The notes under the pieces were generated by a model that saw only the letters and a list, made by a program, of their open reading frames with translations, did not search any database and was not told where the DNA came from. Below, piece after piece: positions 1-10,336 of a DNA stretch of 64,000 nucleotides. Position 1 is the first letter of the stretch; each line of letters starts with the position of its first letter. The stretch is from Fidelibacterota bacterium (GTDB lineage: Bacteria > Fidelibacterota > UBA8477 > JABMPR01), in assembly GCA_013202495.1 (NCBI GenBank), contig JABMQQ010000241.1, positions 6,928-70,927 of the forward strand. The letters run 5' to 3'. Position numbers and translations under genes: made by a program.

Positions 1-2
1 AT

Positions 3-3000
3 GGTCTTTTTGAGGATCATGAGAACCAGCTTTGGATTTCAACACGGAATGGAGTGAATGTTCTGGACTTGAAAACCTATGCTATGAAGACCTACCGATA
101 CATTGAGGATGATCCATCATCTCTTTTTGACAACAACGTAAATTATATCTATGAAACCTTTGATGGCGAAAATTATCGAATTTGGGTTGGAACAACCTGG
201 GGTGGTCTGGATTGTTATGACCCTGAAACCGATGGTTTCATTCACCACGGATACAAATCGACCATCAACCCTGACTATCCAGAAACCAGTGTAAGTCGCA
301 TGGTACAGACCGGAGATGATCGCATATGGGTTGGCACAGATTCCAAAGGCATTCTGATCCTGGATTTAAATGGTAACCTCATAGAAATTATCGGCAAAAA
401 AGTCTACGATGAAACAGCATTAAATGATGATGCAATCCAATCATTCTATGATGATGGGGATATTGTCTGGGTAGGGACATCAGCGGGTGGAGTTGGCAAA
501 TATGTTCGCAATAGAAAAAAATTCCATGCTATGAGTTACGATCCCCTTAACCCTGAGGGGTTGCATGACAATCGCATACTTCAGATTGAAAACGACAGCC
601 AGGGGAACCTCTGGATTGCTACTTGGTCAACTGGTCTCACCTATTATAACACCAGCAAAAATACATTTAAGAAGTATCAACACGATCCAGATGACCCTGG
701 AAGTATTAGTGACAACGGAATTCAGGATATCCTGGTAGATCAACATGACAATCTCTGGGTTATCAGTGCAAGTACCAGTCTTGATCTCCTGAGAAACAAT
801 TCCGATGCTTTCATACATATTAACCCTGATATCGGTAATCCTAAAGGCCTTCAAAGTGAGTACTTGCTATCCATGCTTGAAGATCGTGAGGGAAATATCT
901 GGTTGGGTAGCTGGAATGAAGGTCTTTTTCGTCTTGATCCAAAAAGCATGGAATTTGAAACCTTCCAAACACTTGGAACTGATGAGATAAATCTTGGCAA
1001 TATTGCATATTACGTCATGTTCGAAGATTCTCGAGGAAGGTTATGGATTGGAGCCGAAAACGAAGGATTGATCGGATTTGATCGCAATACCGAGACGCTA
1101 AAACAATATAAAGCCTCCCCAGGTGACCCGACTACTTTACTAAATAATGATGTGATGTGTTTCTTTGAGGATGAGGATGGATATCTATGGTTGGGGACCT
1201 ACGGTGGTGGAATAAGCCGTTTTAATCCACGTAATGGTACCTTCGAGAATTTTTCTACGGAAGATGGATTACCAAGTAGTGCTGTTTACAGCATTTTCCA
1301 GGACACCTATGGTTGGTTGTGGATGAGCACTAATAATGGTCTGGCACAATATCATCCTAAGAAAAAAATACTTAAAACATATGGTACTGCTGATGGCGTA
1401 TTAAGCAAAGAGTTCAACCCGGCAGGGTGCCAACTTGATAATGGGTGGCTATATTTTGGTGGTGTCAGGGGAATCACTTATTTCCACCCGAATCAGATTC
1501 GGGATAATCGTCATATTCCACCTGTCAGGTTCACAGAATTATCTATCATGAATGTACCCATAGGTATCAATCAAAAATTCAAAGATCGAGTCATCTTAGA
1601 AAAATCAATCACCACCACCCCCCCGTTGGAGTTGTATCCAGATGATTTGTTTTTCAGTCTCAGCTTTGCCAGCCTGGACTATTACCATCCCAGCAGCAAT
1701 AAATATGCATATTTCATGGAAGGTTTCGATGAGCAGTGGAGGCAACTTGGTACTCAAAGAGAAGTAACTTTTTCCAATCTGCCCCCAGGGAAGTATACTT
1801 TTCATCTCAAGGGCAGTAACAATGACCAGGTTTGGAATAACAATGGTCCTGCTCTTAATTTGATCATCCATCCGGAGTTCTATGAGACATGGTGGTTTAT
1901 TTCCAGCAGTATTTTTCTACTCATTCTCATTGTCTTCATAGCCTTTCGTCTGCGTACTAATTTTCTAGTTAAACATGGGTTGGAACTCGAAAAACACAAC
2001 ATCCAGCTCAATGCTCAAATTGAATCTCGTCGGAAAGCCCATGTAAAAGCCAGTGAAAGAGCAAATTATTTTCGTGCTGTAATCGCCCAGTCCCCGATTC
2101 CCATGGCTATCCACAATTCTGAAGGAAACATCACACATCTTAACTCTGGTTGGGTAGAACTTTGGGGAGCTGATAGCCCTGAGGATATTATCAAGGATTA
2201 TCATGTGGAAGAAGACGAGCTGGCAAACCAATTGTCTCTGGGTAAAAGTTTCAGAAAAGCTGTAGAGGGTAACATCATAGAAATTCCTGAAGTTAAATTC
2301 ATAGCTGATAATGGAAGTACGAAGGTGGTTCAGATGCTCCTTTATCCTCTCAAAAACATAGTTGGAATGACGAATCAGGTCATGGTATCTCTTGAAGACG
2401 TTACAGAAATCGTCCGCCAGAGAAATCTTTTAGAAAAGTCTATTCTTGAGAAAGACTTACTGCTAAAGGAAGTCCATCATCGGGTAAAAAATAATCTGCA
2501 ACTCGTGGCCAGTTTGCTTGGATTGCAAAAGGCAGGTACTGAAAACGATAAAACAATTCAAACCCTCGATGACATAAAAAATCGAGTCAATTCTATGGCC
2601 CTAGTGCACGATGCCCTCTATAGGTCACCGGAATTCGATAATATTGATATATCCACCTACATTCAGGATTTAACCGATACTCTCCATGCTGCTTTTGGAC
2701 GGCATGCTGCTCCCATTGAGATCAAGACAAATATACCTGAAATAAGTTTGCCTGTGGATATCGCTGTACCCTGTGGATTGATGATCAACGAAATGGTGAC
2801 CAACGCGCTGAAGTATGCCTTCCCTGACCCTGCCAAAAAAGACAAACACATCCTCATTCAATTCACAGAATATGAAGATGATCGTTTACGCCTCGAAGTC
2901 ATTGATAATGGGGTCGGTCTTCAGAAACCGGTGGTCTGGGATTCAATTCATTCGTTGGGCTTATATCTACTTAAAATTCTGTCTGAGCAGCAGCTCATGG

Positions 3001-3077
3001 GCACAGTTAATCTAAAAGATGTACGAGGTGCCCATTTTATCATCGAATTTCCCATTCACCCCAACTATGATGACTAG
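3..3077 (+). CDS. Sensor histidine kinase, 5'-partial. Domains: two-component regulator propeller/Y_Y_Y repeats, TM helix, PAS, HisKA_2-type H-box, HATPase.
   Basis: The frame is open from window position 3 (GLFEDHENQLWISTRNGVNVLDL precedes the first Met), so the gene starts upstream of the window. Repeated WVGT/WIAT/WLGT propeller motifs. TM segment WWFISSSIFLLILIVFIAF. H-box EVHHRVKNNLQLVASLLGLQ. ATPase motifs NEMVTNALKYAF and DNGVGL. Confidence 0.8.
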   Translation, partial: GLFEDHENQLWISTRNGVNVLDLKTYAMKTYRYIEDDPSSLFDNNVNYIYETFDGENYRIWVGTTWGGLDCYDPETDGFIHHGYKSTINPDYPETSVSRMVQTGDDRIWVGTDSKGILILDLNGNLIEIIGKKVYDETALNDDAIQSFYDDGDIVWVGTSAGGVGKYVRNRKKFHAMSYDPLNPEGLHDNRILQIENDSQGNLWIATWSTGLTYYNTSKNTFKKYQHDPDDPGSISDNGIQDILVDQHDNLWVISASTSLDLLRNNSDAFIHINPDIGNPKGLQSEYLLSMLEDREGNIWLGSWNEGLFRLDPKSMEFETFQTLGTDEINLGNIAYYVMFEDSRGRLWIGAENEGLIGFDRNTETLKQYKASPGDPTTLLNNDVMCFFEDEDGYLWLGTYGGGISRFNPRNGTFENFSTEDGLPSSAVYSIFQDTYGWLWMSTNNGLAQYHPKKKILKTYGTADGVLSKEFNPAGCQLDNGWLYFGGVRGITYFHPNQIRDNRHIPPVRFTELSIMNVPIGINQKFKDRVILEKSITTTPPLELYPDDLFFSLSFASLDYYHPSSNKYAYFMEGFDEQWRQLGTQREVTFSNLPPGKYTFHLKGSNNDQVWNNNGPALNLIIHPEFYETWWFISSSIFLLILIVFIAFRLRTNFLVKHGLELEKHNIQLNAQIESRRKAHVKASERANYFRAVIAQSPIPMAIHNSEGNITHLNSGWVELWGADSPEDIIKDYHVEEDELANQLSLGKSFRKAVEGNIIEIPEVKFIADNGSTKVVQMLLYPLKNIVGMTNQVMVSLEDVTEIVRQRNLLEKSILEKDLLLKEVHHRVKNNLQLVASLLGLQKAGTENDKTIQTLDDIKNRVNSMALVHDALYRSPEFDNIDISTYIQDLTDTLHAAFGRHAAPIEIKTNIPEISLPVDIAVPCGLMINEMVTNALKYAFPDPAKKDKHILIQFTEYEDDRLRLEVIDNGVGLQKPVVWDSIHSLGLYLLKILSEQQLMGTVNLKDVRGAHFIIEFPIHPNYDD

Positions 3078-3263
3078 GAACACTCCGAGTATTCGAGCCG
3101 AATAGGAATCAAAAGTAAGTATATAGTAGCTCTCTTGTAACGAATTAATCTTTTCCACTATGTGATGGTTTGTTTTCTTTCTCTGCGCGGGTCTGGAATT
3201 ACCTTAAAGATCAGAGTTCCGCTATTTTGCCAGAGACTGTCAATTTATAAAGGGTATCCATCT

Positions 3264-5312
3264 ATGAGATTTTTAATAATAAATGTAATCACAGTGTTGC
3301 TTCTCACCTCAATAGGTTTTTCTCAGATTCCTGATGGTTACTATACTCCGGCAGAAGGATTAAATGGCCCAAGTTTGAAGGCTGCCTTAAACAGTATAAT
3401 CAGCGGACATACGAGCTTTCCATATACAGATTTTCAAACGGATTGTTGGGACATACTCAAGGAAACTGACAAAGACCCAAATAATCCAGATAATGTCATC
3501 CTATTGTATACAGGATGGTCAGTCAACGCAGCTCAAGAATACAATAATGAAAATGGTTGGAGTAGAGAACATGTTTGGGCAAAATCAAGGGGCATTTATT
3601 ACACTGGTTTTGGCTCTGAGGATGATATAGCTGCTACAGACGTCCATCATTTGCGACCGGCGGATATAACTGTTAACTCTGCCCGAAACAATCGTTGGTT
3701 TGATTATTGTTCAATTCCGTACATTGATGAAGGAGATTCAACGGGATCTTTTACCAGTACTGATCAAGAATGGGTGTGGCAACCACGTGCTGAGGTTATT
3801 GGCGATGTCGCACGCATGATGTTTTATATGGCAACTCGCTATGAAGGTACTGGTACGGAGCCTGATCTTGAACTCCTCGATGAAATCCCAACTGATCGGT
3901 ACACGAACGATCCAGTTTTTGCAAAATTGTCTACTCTCCTCGCCTGGCATGTAATGGATCCAGTGGACCAATTTGAACAAAACAGGAACAATATCATCTA
4001 TGGTTATCAAGGAAACCGAAATCCTTTTATAGATCATCCCGAATATATACACCTACTATGGAATGGTGAGACCGTCGTAAGTTTTGATGAGTCATCAATT
4101 TCTGTTTATGAAGATCATGGGACACTTGAGGTCAATGTAAACATTGGATATCCTGATACGACAACTGCAACATCAATCGAAGTAAACCTGTTACCTACCA
4201 ACGCGATTCCTGGAGGTGACTTTGAGGTTGTTATGCCCCAATATTTAAACTTTCCTGCTGGATCATATTCATCCCAATCTTTTTCTATCAATATTATTGA
4301 TGATACAGAGATCGATGGTCCGGATACGCTCTTTTTTGAATTATCAAATGTATCAGGAGGCAACAATGCCTCATTGGGGTACCCTACTACTGTACAATTA
4401 GTTATTCTCGACAATGAAATTGAGGATGATGGGAGAACCGGGAATATTATTATCTCAGAAATAGTTGATGGTCCCTATTCAGGCGGATATCCAAAAATAG
4501 TTGAAATTACAAATACTGGAAACGAGGACACTCCCTTGACCGGGTATACTGTGAGCCGCTTCAGCGGGAGCGGTTCGACTCCTGACGATATCCACTTTAC
4601 CTTCCCTGAATTTATTCTTCCATTTGGAAAATCTATTGTCCTGACGAACGCGTCAGAAAGTGTATGGACCAACACTATTACCGAGTTAACTACCCCTGAA
4701 CATGTCATCTTTGATCTCGATTATGGCTTTGGTCCCATTATTGGGAATGGTGATGATACCTATGAATTAAAAGACGAAAATGATACGGTTCTCGATTATT
4801 ACGGTAATGTGGGGGTCGACGGAACAGGGCTCCTCTGGGAATATCTAGATTCCTATGCCTATAGAAACGCAGATGTTATAACGGGGACTGATGGCTTCAA
4901 CCCGGCCGAATGGACGATAGGTGCCGTTGATGCGTTGGATAACCAGCAAGGTAATTTGCATAATTACCTGACTCCAGGGATACACACCTATGTGAGTCAG
5001 CCATCCTCCTTGAATGCAGCGCCTGCTGTCCCATCAGGATTTTTATTGCAACAAAACTATCCAAATCCCTTCAATCCAAGTACAACAATCCGTTATGCAT
5101 TGGATGATAGAGCGAATATTAAATTAACGATATTCGATTTCCGGGGAAATGAGGTTATCACCTTAAAATCTGGCAAAACCCCAATGGGCAACCATAACAT
5201 CCAGTGGGATGGACTAAATCATTCAGGGACCCAGGTGGCCACTGGGGTATATTTTGTACAGCTTAAGCTAGGAAATTTAAGTCAAACAGTAAAAATGTCG
5301 TATTTGAAATAA
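3264..5312 (+). CDS. Secreted endonuclease I-family nuclease with Calx-beta and lamin-tail (LTD) domains and a T9SS C-terminal sorting domain.
   Basis: Signal peptide MRFLIINVITVLLLTSIGFSQ at the in-frame ATG 3264; the ORF-track start at 3162 lacks a signal peptide. Endonuclease_1 motifs REHVWAKS and DVHHLRPADITVNSARNNRWFDY. Calx-beta-like segment (FEVVMP...IIDDTEIDGPDTLFFEL). LTD-like segment (IIISEIVDG...IVEITNTGNEDTPLTGY). C-terminus QNYPNPFNPSTTIRYAL...YLK. Confidence 0.8.
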   Translation: MRFLIINVITVLLLTSIGFSQIPDGYYTPAEGLNGPSLKAALNSIISGHTSFPYTDFQTDCWDILKETDKDPNNPDNVILLYTGWSVNAAQEYNNENGWSREHVWAKSRGIYYTGFGSEDDIAATDVHHLRPADITVNSARNNRWFDYCSIPYIDEGDSTGSFTSTDQEWVWQPRAEVIGDVARMMFYMATRYEGTGTEPDLELLDEIPTDRYTNDPVFAKLSTLLAWHVMDPVDQFEQNRNNIIYGYQGNRNPFIDHPEYIHLLWNGETVVSFDESSISVYEDHGTLEVNVNIGYPDTTTATSIEVNLLPTNAIPGGDFEVVMPQYLNFPAGSYSSQSFSINIIDDTEIDGPDTLFFELSNVSGGNNASLGYPTTVQLVILDNEIEDDGRTGNIIISEIVDGPYSGGYPKIVEITNTGNEDTPLTGYTVSRFSGSGSTPDDIHFTFPEFILPFGKSIVLTNASESVWTNTITELTTPEHVIFDLDYGFGPIIGNGDDTYELKDENDTVLDYYGNVGVDGTGLLWEYLDSYAYRNADVITGTDGFNPAEWTIGAVDALDNQQGNLHNYLTPGIHTYVSQPSSLNAAPAVPSGFLLQQNYPNPFNPSTTIRYALDDRANIKLTIFDFRGNEVITLKSGKTPMGNHNIQWDGLNHSGTQVATGVYFVQLKLGNLSQTVKMSYLK

Positions 5313-5320
5313 TTGTCCAA

Positions 5321-6172
5321 TTATTTGTTCTCCAAATTCCAACCAAACTGACAGAACAGATAAGGGGCTCCAAAACTGATCCAGGCTCCCAGAAGGGTGT
5401 AGCGAATAAACATGGCCATATCTGTGATGTAACCGATGGATATGAACACCTGTTTCAGACCCATCCAGATCAGAACGATACCTACCAGACCCATGACAAG
5501 CTTGGAGATGACCAGATTCATACCCGGCTTTAAGCTACAAGACAGGTACTTCTTCTCGTGAAGGTAACCAGCTAGAAAACCAATAAATGCAGCCCCACCC
5601 TTGATTGCCACCTCTGATAGCTCTGGGACTAGCATGAACAGCCCCATGAGAAGCACAAAAAAAATCAGACTCTGCCGAGTTGGACCAAGACGCGCCCAAC
5701 CTGGAGGTGATAATTTTAATAACCAGGAATAGATGAATAGGGTAATAAAGCCAATCAGGAAACCACCTAGGACATCTGTTGGGTAATGAACACCAAGATA
5801 AATTCTCGAGAAGCCAACACCAGCGATGAGAATGGCAGCAATAATGTAAGCACGCTTGTCCTTGAGCTCGAAGGCCAGCCAACCCCACAACACCATAGCT
5901 CCCTGAGAATGACCGCTGGGAAATGACCAATCATCAGCATGAACGAGATGCTCAATGACATCGGGTCTGGGTACCTGAAAGATGCCTTTGATGACTGCAT
6001 TTAGCACAAATGTGAAAAGCAGCACCATACCCACCCGACCCATGACCCGCTTTCTCCACAGCCAGTAGGCCAGGGGTAGAAAGAGCAGGAAAAATTCCTC
6101 ATCACCAAGAAAGGTGAAAATCTTCATTATCGGTGTTAGCCATTCAGCACGTACTGATAAAACCCACTCCAT
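5321..6172 (-). CDS. PAP2-family (type 2 phosphatidic acid phosphatase-like) membrane phosphatase.
   Basis: PAP2 motifs KGIFQVPRP, PSGHS and SRIYLGVHYPTDV. Multiple TM helices. AGGAGG Shine-Dalgarno 5 nt upstream of the ATG. Confidence 0.75.
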   Translation of the reverse strand: MEWVLSVRAEWLTPIMKIFTFLGDEEFFLLFLPLAYWLWRKRVMGRVGMVLLFTFVLNAVIKGIFQVPRPDVIEHLVHADDWSFPSGHSQGAMVLWGWLAFELKDKRAYIIAAILIAGVGFSRIYLGVHYPTDVLGGFLIGFITLFIYSWLLKLSPPGWARLGPTRQSLIFFVLLMGLFMLVPELSEVAIKGGAAFIGFLAGYLHEKKYLSCSLKPGMNLVISKLVMGLVGIVLIWMGLKQVFISIGYITDMAMFIRYTLLGAWISFGAPYLFCQFGWNLENK

Positions 6173-6312
6173 AGCATCCTCCTGTTGATTCTGAATATGG
6201 AACTAACTTAGTATTTGGATTGTGATCAAACTATAAAATTGAAGAATTATAACACTGAATTTCACAAAGCACTCGGTTGACTCCTTTCGCAGAGATCACG
6301 GAGTTGGGAGGT

Positions 6313-6570
6313 ATTGATAGGTTAAGTTTTTTGGACACGAATGCGACTAATCCATACAAACATAAACTTCAAACGCCTGTAAAAAAATATTTGTGGTTCT
6401 TTTCGCGACCATTAGTGTCATTCGTGTCTATAGCCCAATGAATTTCACTATACTCTACGTTGATCACGTGAGAACTAGCTCTCGCTAAAGTATATGAGAT
6501 AGTAGCGCTGTGAATATTGATAAGTTAGGCTTTGGGACACGAAATGCTCGAATGGGACTAATGACACAAA
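6313..6570. repeat. Two diverged direct copies (~55 nt) of an element within a 530-bp intergenic region, plus an inverted GACACGAATG motif.
   Basis: Copy 1 (6313-6360): TATTGATAGGTTAAGTTTTTTGGACACGAATGCGACTAATCCATAC. Copy 2 (6516-6570): TATTGATAAGTTAGGCTTTGGGACACGAAATGCTCGAATGGGACTAATGACAC. The inverted motif GTCATTCGTGTC lies at 6417-6428. Confidence 0.5.
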
Positions 6571-6705
6571 ATCAATTAAAGTCAAGCTGCTGCAAATTTA
6601 AAAAAATCAGTTCGTAGATTTCGTCAGATTCGTTGTAAAAATAGCGTTGTCTTGGTCCTGATTTTAACTGTTTTTACTTTCGACCTTCAGACCTTCGACC
6701 TCTAA

Positions 6706-8565
6706 TTACAGATTCCATACGAGACGCGCCTGATAACGCCAGGCCCAGGGTTCTTCACCTTCAAGGGGGTGAGATTGCCAGATTGGAAAATAAAGACCTG
6801 CTGTAAAAAATGATTTGTGCTCAAATCCAAACCCAGCTGCATAATGAGGTTTAACTCCGTCCCAACCCACCTCATCCATATCAACGATCAAACTGCTTGT
6901 AAATACTTTCAGTTGAATACCTCTCATCCAATAACCACCTGATATACTCAGGCCCATGTACTCATTGGTATTTTCAGTCAGCTTGGTTTGTCCACGAAAA
7001 GTTGGTATTGCTGCCAATCCATCCTGCCAGGCGTATTGATGGGTGAATTGATAGGGATCTGGTGTTGACTCACTCTGGAATCCCGTTTCAAATTGGACGC
7101 CTCCCACAACCCAATCCCAGAACACACCTGAAAGATCTGTCTGGGCTTTAAATATGGAAAAATTTCCCTGTGGTCCCTCCCCAGAGGCAACCTTGACTCT
7201 AATGTAAACCCGGTCTCCTTGTTTGGTCAGGGATAGTCCCGAATAGGACCCTTTGATAATGTGAACATTTTGATTTTGTTTCCAGATCAGGCTGTCACCG
7301 TATTGATCATACTCAACAGCAAGCCCCACTCTTTGATATATCAGCCGCGGTCCCTGAATCAGGTAAGTTTGTTTACCCACATATCGGGTAAGCCCCATAC
7401 TGATACCTGACCAATCATCATAGGCATGAGCCCTGAGATGTGAAAACAGACGTTTATCCAGATTGATGGGGTGACCATAACTTACCCGCCCACCCCAACT
7501 CATGCTGGAATCATAGGGCGTATGACCATTGAGCTCTATACTGATGCGGTGGCGATAATCACTGGGATAAGCTGGCCATAAGTCCACACCAAAACCAGAG
7601 GTCAATTTTAGCCCAATCCGTTTTTCTCCATCCCAATCAGACCAAATACTGGGATTAATTGTCATGCGATAGTTGGTCCAATCTGGTAAAGCTCCAAAGG
7701 GTTGGATATGAATATTATTGCGTAAACGAGGCCAGCGATTATTGAATCTATAATACTCGGCCAGGAGATGATCCGCATCCAGAACGACTTCAGCCACATC
7801 AATCTTTGGAATCACCAGGGGTGTGGTTTGGTTCAAACCATACGTGTAAAATGTACTGTCCCCCCTAGTGGAGATTACGCTTACTTCTACGGGGAAATGC
7901 CATACTCCGAGATGTTCAATGCCAATCTCAACTGAATCCTGTCTGGTTCTGACATAATCCAGATTGACATCACTCCAACGTGAACTGGTGAGCGCCTTTT
8001 CAAATTGAAAAGCGAGATCATCACAGCAATGGGTCGACATGCTTGTAATGAGTTCATCTGTGATACAGGTTGGATCTGCAGAAAATTGAATGGCGTCCTT
8101 CACCAATACAGAAAAGAGAGAATCTCCAATAGTACCTTGAAGCATGCGCAAGTAGCCAAAACCAGCCACCGCCAGGATAAAGCGTTCCTCTGTCCGCAAT
8201 TTATTAAAGACCAGGTCTTTCCTGATGGACATTAGATTTCCATTGGAGAGTGCTCCACCCGCCAATTCAACCAGATATCGAGGTGTTAGATATTTAAAAT
8301 CACTCCATAGTGCTGGAATTGCTGCTTCAAGTCCTGCGTATGGAACGTTTTCACCCTTCCCATTATTGCTCAGGAGTAACATGGCATAAGAACCAAAAAA
8401 CCATGAGCCCTGATCCAGAGAATCCCCTTTCCAATTACTCAGGGTGCGGCCCATTTCATCGATTTCATCGAGGTAGAGATCAAGGGGGTGAACAGGAGCT
8501 CCTGTTGAATCAGGTGTGATTGATTGAGCCGCCAGCGAAACTGCCAGGAAGATAAGGAAAAGCAT
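6706..8565 (-). CDS. Hypothetical secreted protein, possibly an outer-membrane beta-barrel.
   Basis: N-terminal signal peptide MLFLIFLAVSLAAQ. Long ORF with alternating hydrophobic beta-strand-like pattern near the C-terminus. No recognisable catalytic motif. Confidence 0.5.
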   Translation of the reverse strand: MLFLIFLAVSLAAQSITPDSTGAPVHPLDLYLDEIDEMGRTLSNWKGDSLDQGSWFFGSYAMLLLSNNGKGENVPYAGLEAAIPALWSDFKYLTPRYLVELAGGALSNGNLMSIRKDLVFNKLRTEERFILAVAGFGYLRMLQGTIGDSLFSVLVKDAIQFSADPTCITDELITSMSTHCCDDLAFQFEKALTSSRWSDVNLDYVRTRQDSVEIGIEHLGVWHFPVEVSVISTRGDSTFYTYGLNQTTPLVIPKIDVAEVVLDADHLLAEYYRFNNRWPRLRNNIHIQPFGALPDWTNYRMTINPSIWSDWDGEKRIGLKLTSGFGVDLWPAYPSDYRHRISIELNGHTPYDSSMSWGGRVSYGHPINLDKRLFSHLRAHAYDDWSGISMGLTRYVGKQTYLIQGPRLIYQRVGLAVEYDQYGDSLIWKQNQNVHIIKGSYSGLSLTKQGDRVYIRVKVASGEGPQGNFSIFKAQTDLSGVFWDWVVGGVQFETGFQSESTPDPYQFTHQYAWQDGLAAIPTFRGQTKLTENTNEYMGLSISGGYWMRGIQLKVFTSSLIVDMDEVGWDGVKPHYAAGFGFEHKSFFTAGLYFPIWQSHPLEGEEPWAWRYQARLVWNL

Positions 8566-8609
8566 GATTGGGACTTTGAAACGTATTGGTTTTATAAGCT
8601 ACCTTTATC

Positions 8610-9413
8610 CTAATATGCGAAGAGATTAAATCTCAGGAGTTCAAAATAATCCTCAGTTTTAAAACCTACTGTAACCGGATTGATGAGGTGTGCCCCGGGG
8701 TAAAATGATGCACGATAAGCTTCCTGATGTTTTTTGAACTCAATTGAGAATTCAAGTTTTTCCGGGATGGGAAGTAAACCTTTGGAAAAATCTCCTCTTA
8801 TGGCTTTCGCGACTCCTGCTCTGATCATTTTCAAAGATTGGGCAGGATGTTGTGAGATAACCGAGCTACCCTCACCTCGGATGGTGGCCACTATCTGAAT
8901 GTTGGAATTATGCTCGGCAACCTCCTGACATAGTCCTTCATCTCCTGAAACAAAAATTGAGGGCACACCATAGTATGAGGCAGCCAGACCGTGTACGTAG
9001 AATTCTGACATATCCAGACCATTCAGGGTCATTCTGGCAATTCGACCAGAAGACATGGTATGGGCCAACGTATTGGTATTCTGTCCGGCTCTGGAATGAT
9101 AACCAATAAACATAATAGCATCAAAACTTTCATCTACCTCTTGAACCATGGACAATGGATGCCCCGCCCAACCCCGCACAACTTTACACAGTTCAGGTAA
9201 CTCATCCAGAATGAGATTTCTTCCTGAATCGTGGGCATCTTTAATTAGAATTTCAGTGGCTCCACCTTCAATGGCAGTTTCAGCCGCTGCTGCAACTTCT
9301 GCGGTCATTTGTTTTTGAAACCAGGAATATTCATTGGGGAAGGCTTTATCCGTTTCGTTCCAATGTCCAATGCCTGTAATACCTTCAATATCTGCAGAAA
9401 TAAAAATCTTCAT
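8610..9413 (-). CDS. Peptidase M55 family D-aminopeptidase (DppA-like).
   Basis: N-terminus MKIFISADIEGITGI matches the M55 DppA start (MKxYxSxDxEGIxG). About 267 aa, typical for the family. Confidence 0.7.
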   Translation of the reverse strand: MKIFISADIEGITGIGHWNETDKAFPNEYSWFQKQMTAEVAAAAETAIEGGATEILIKDAHDSGRNLILDELPELCKVVRGWAGHPLSMVQEVDESFDAIMFIGYHSRAGQNTNTLAHTMSSGRIARMTLNGLDMSEFYVHGLAASYYGVPSIFVSGDEGLCQEVAEHNSNIQIVATIRGEGSSVISQHPAQSLKMIRAGVAKAIRGDFSKGLLPIPEKLEFSIEFKKHQEAYRASFYPGAHLINPVTVGFKTEDYFELLRFNLFAY

Positions 9414-9542
9414 TTCAACTCCTATAAGTCAGGTAAGGTGATTATTCGAACTGAATTCAAATAAACATGAATCCATGATAAATGCACGAAGTAAATCTTT
9501 AATTGTCAGAAAATGAGTAAATAGTCTGAGGAATTGAATCGG

Positions 9543-10163
9543 CTATTTTTGCCTTGATGGAAACATGGCTCCCGGCACTCTACGACAATATTCAGAATAG
9601 GCGATGGGATAGGCTTGATCAAGTTGGATCTCTTCCCTGGGGATAAGTCTCTTGATCAGCCAGAGCATCACAATAAACATGATTGCCATTAAGATGGATG
9701 AAAGAATGAAAGTCAGACCCAATAGAACCATGAGAGCTGATAAATACATGGGGTGTCTGATTTTTTTGTAGGGACCATGTAAGGTGAGGTAATCAGTCTG
9801 ACTTGGTTTTACACCTGCCAGACGAAAACTTCGGCGAAGGGAAAGTCGGCTCCATAGAAGCAGAATGCTGCCAAACAGAAAGAGCATCAACCCCAGAGAT
9901 TCAAACACAATAATCAGTGGTATAAATTGTGATTTGATACAAATAAAAATGGGGACTTGAATGTCGAGAAGCATCATGGCGCCGCATAGCGGTATCAATA
10001 CCAGAAAGAATAAGAGATTCAAAATATTGAAGGTCCACCCCTCCCAACCACACTCAGGTCGTTGTAAACGAATCGAGCCCGGGGCAAGGATAAGTATCCC
10101 CCCAATCACCGCAGAAACAACCAGAATGATTGTTCCTAAAATCTGACTGTATTGTGCGATCAT
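9543..10163 (-). CDS. Isoprenylcysteine carboxyl methyltransferase (ICMT)/phospholipid methyltransferase-family membrane protein.
   Basis: Multi-TM protein with GPYKKIRHPMYLSALMVLLG (the RHPxY motif of the ICMT/PEMT family). Confidence 0.65.
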   Translation of the reverse strand: MIAQYSQILGTIILVVSAVIGGILILAPGSIRLQRPECGWEGWTFNILNLLFFLVLIPLCGAMMLLDIQVPIFICIKSQFIPLIIVFESLGLMLFLFGSILLLWSRLSLRRSFRLAGVKPSQTDYLTLHGPYKKIRHPMYLSALMVLLGLTFILSSILMAIMFIVMLWLIKRLIPREEIQLDQAYPIAYSEYCRRVPGAMFPSRQK

Positions 10164-10336
10164 CGCCTACTCTGCTTCCCTCTACCTATCGTCTTTTCTA
10201 AAAGACTAAGGGGCAAAAAATATGCCGATGTTAAATTTTTGCTATGGAATTAGAGAAACACCCAGACTGTGGGAATAGTAATGTCCTATGTGAAGATAAA
10301 CTGTTGAGTGTTAAATCGTAAAACTTATGGCGTGTA

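Noticed and set aside
5535-6000. ORFs of 131 and 77 aa on the minus strand inside the PAP2 gene region (alternative frames).
   Set aside because: They lie entirely within the well-supported PAP2 CDS in other frames, have Cys/Trp/Arg-rich low-complexity composition, and have no ribosome-binding site. Treated as frame-shadow ORFs.
6676-6700. Short direct repeat CGACCTTCAGACCTTCGACC just past the stop of the 6706..8565 gene.
   Set aside because: It is neither palindromic nor long enough to be meaningful. Probably a chance repeat.
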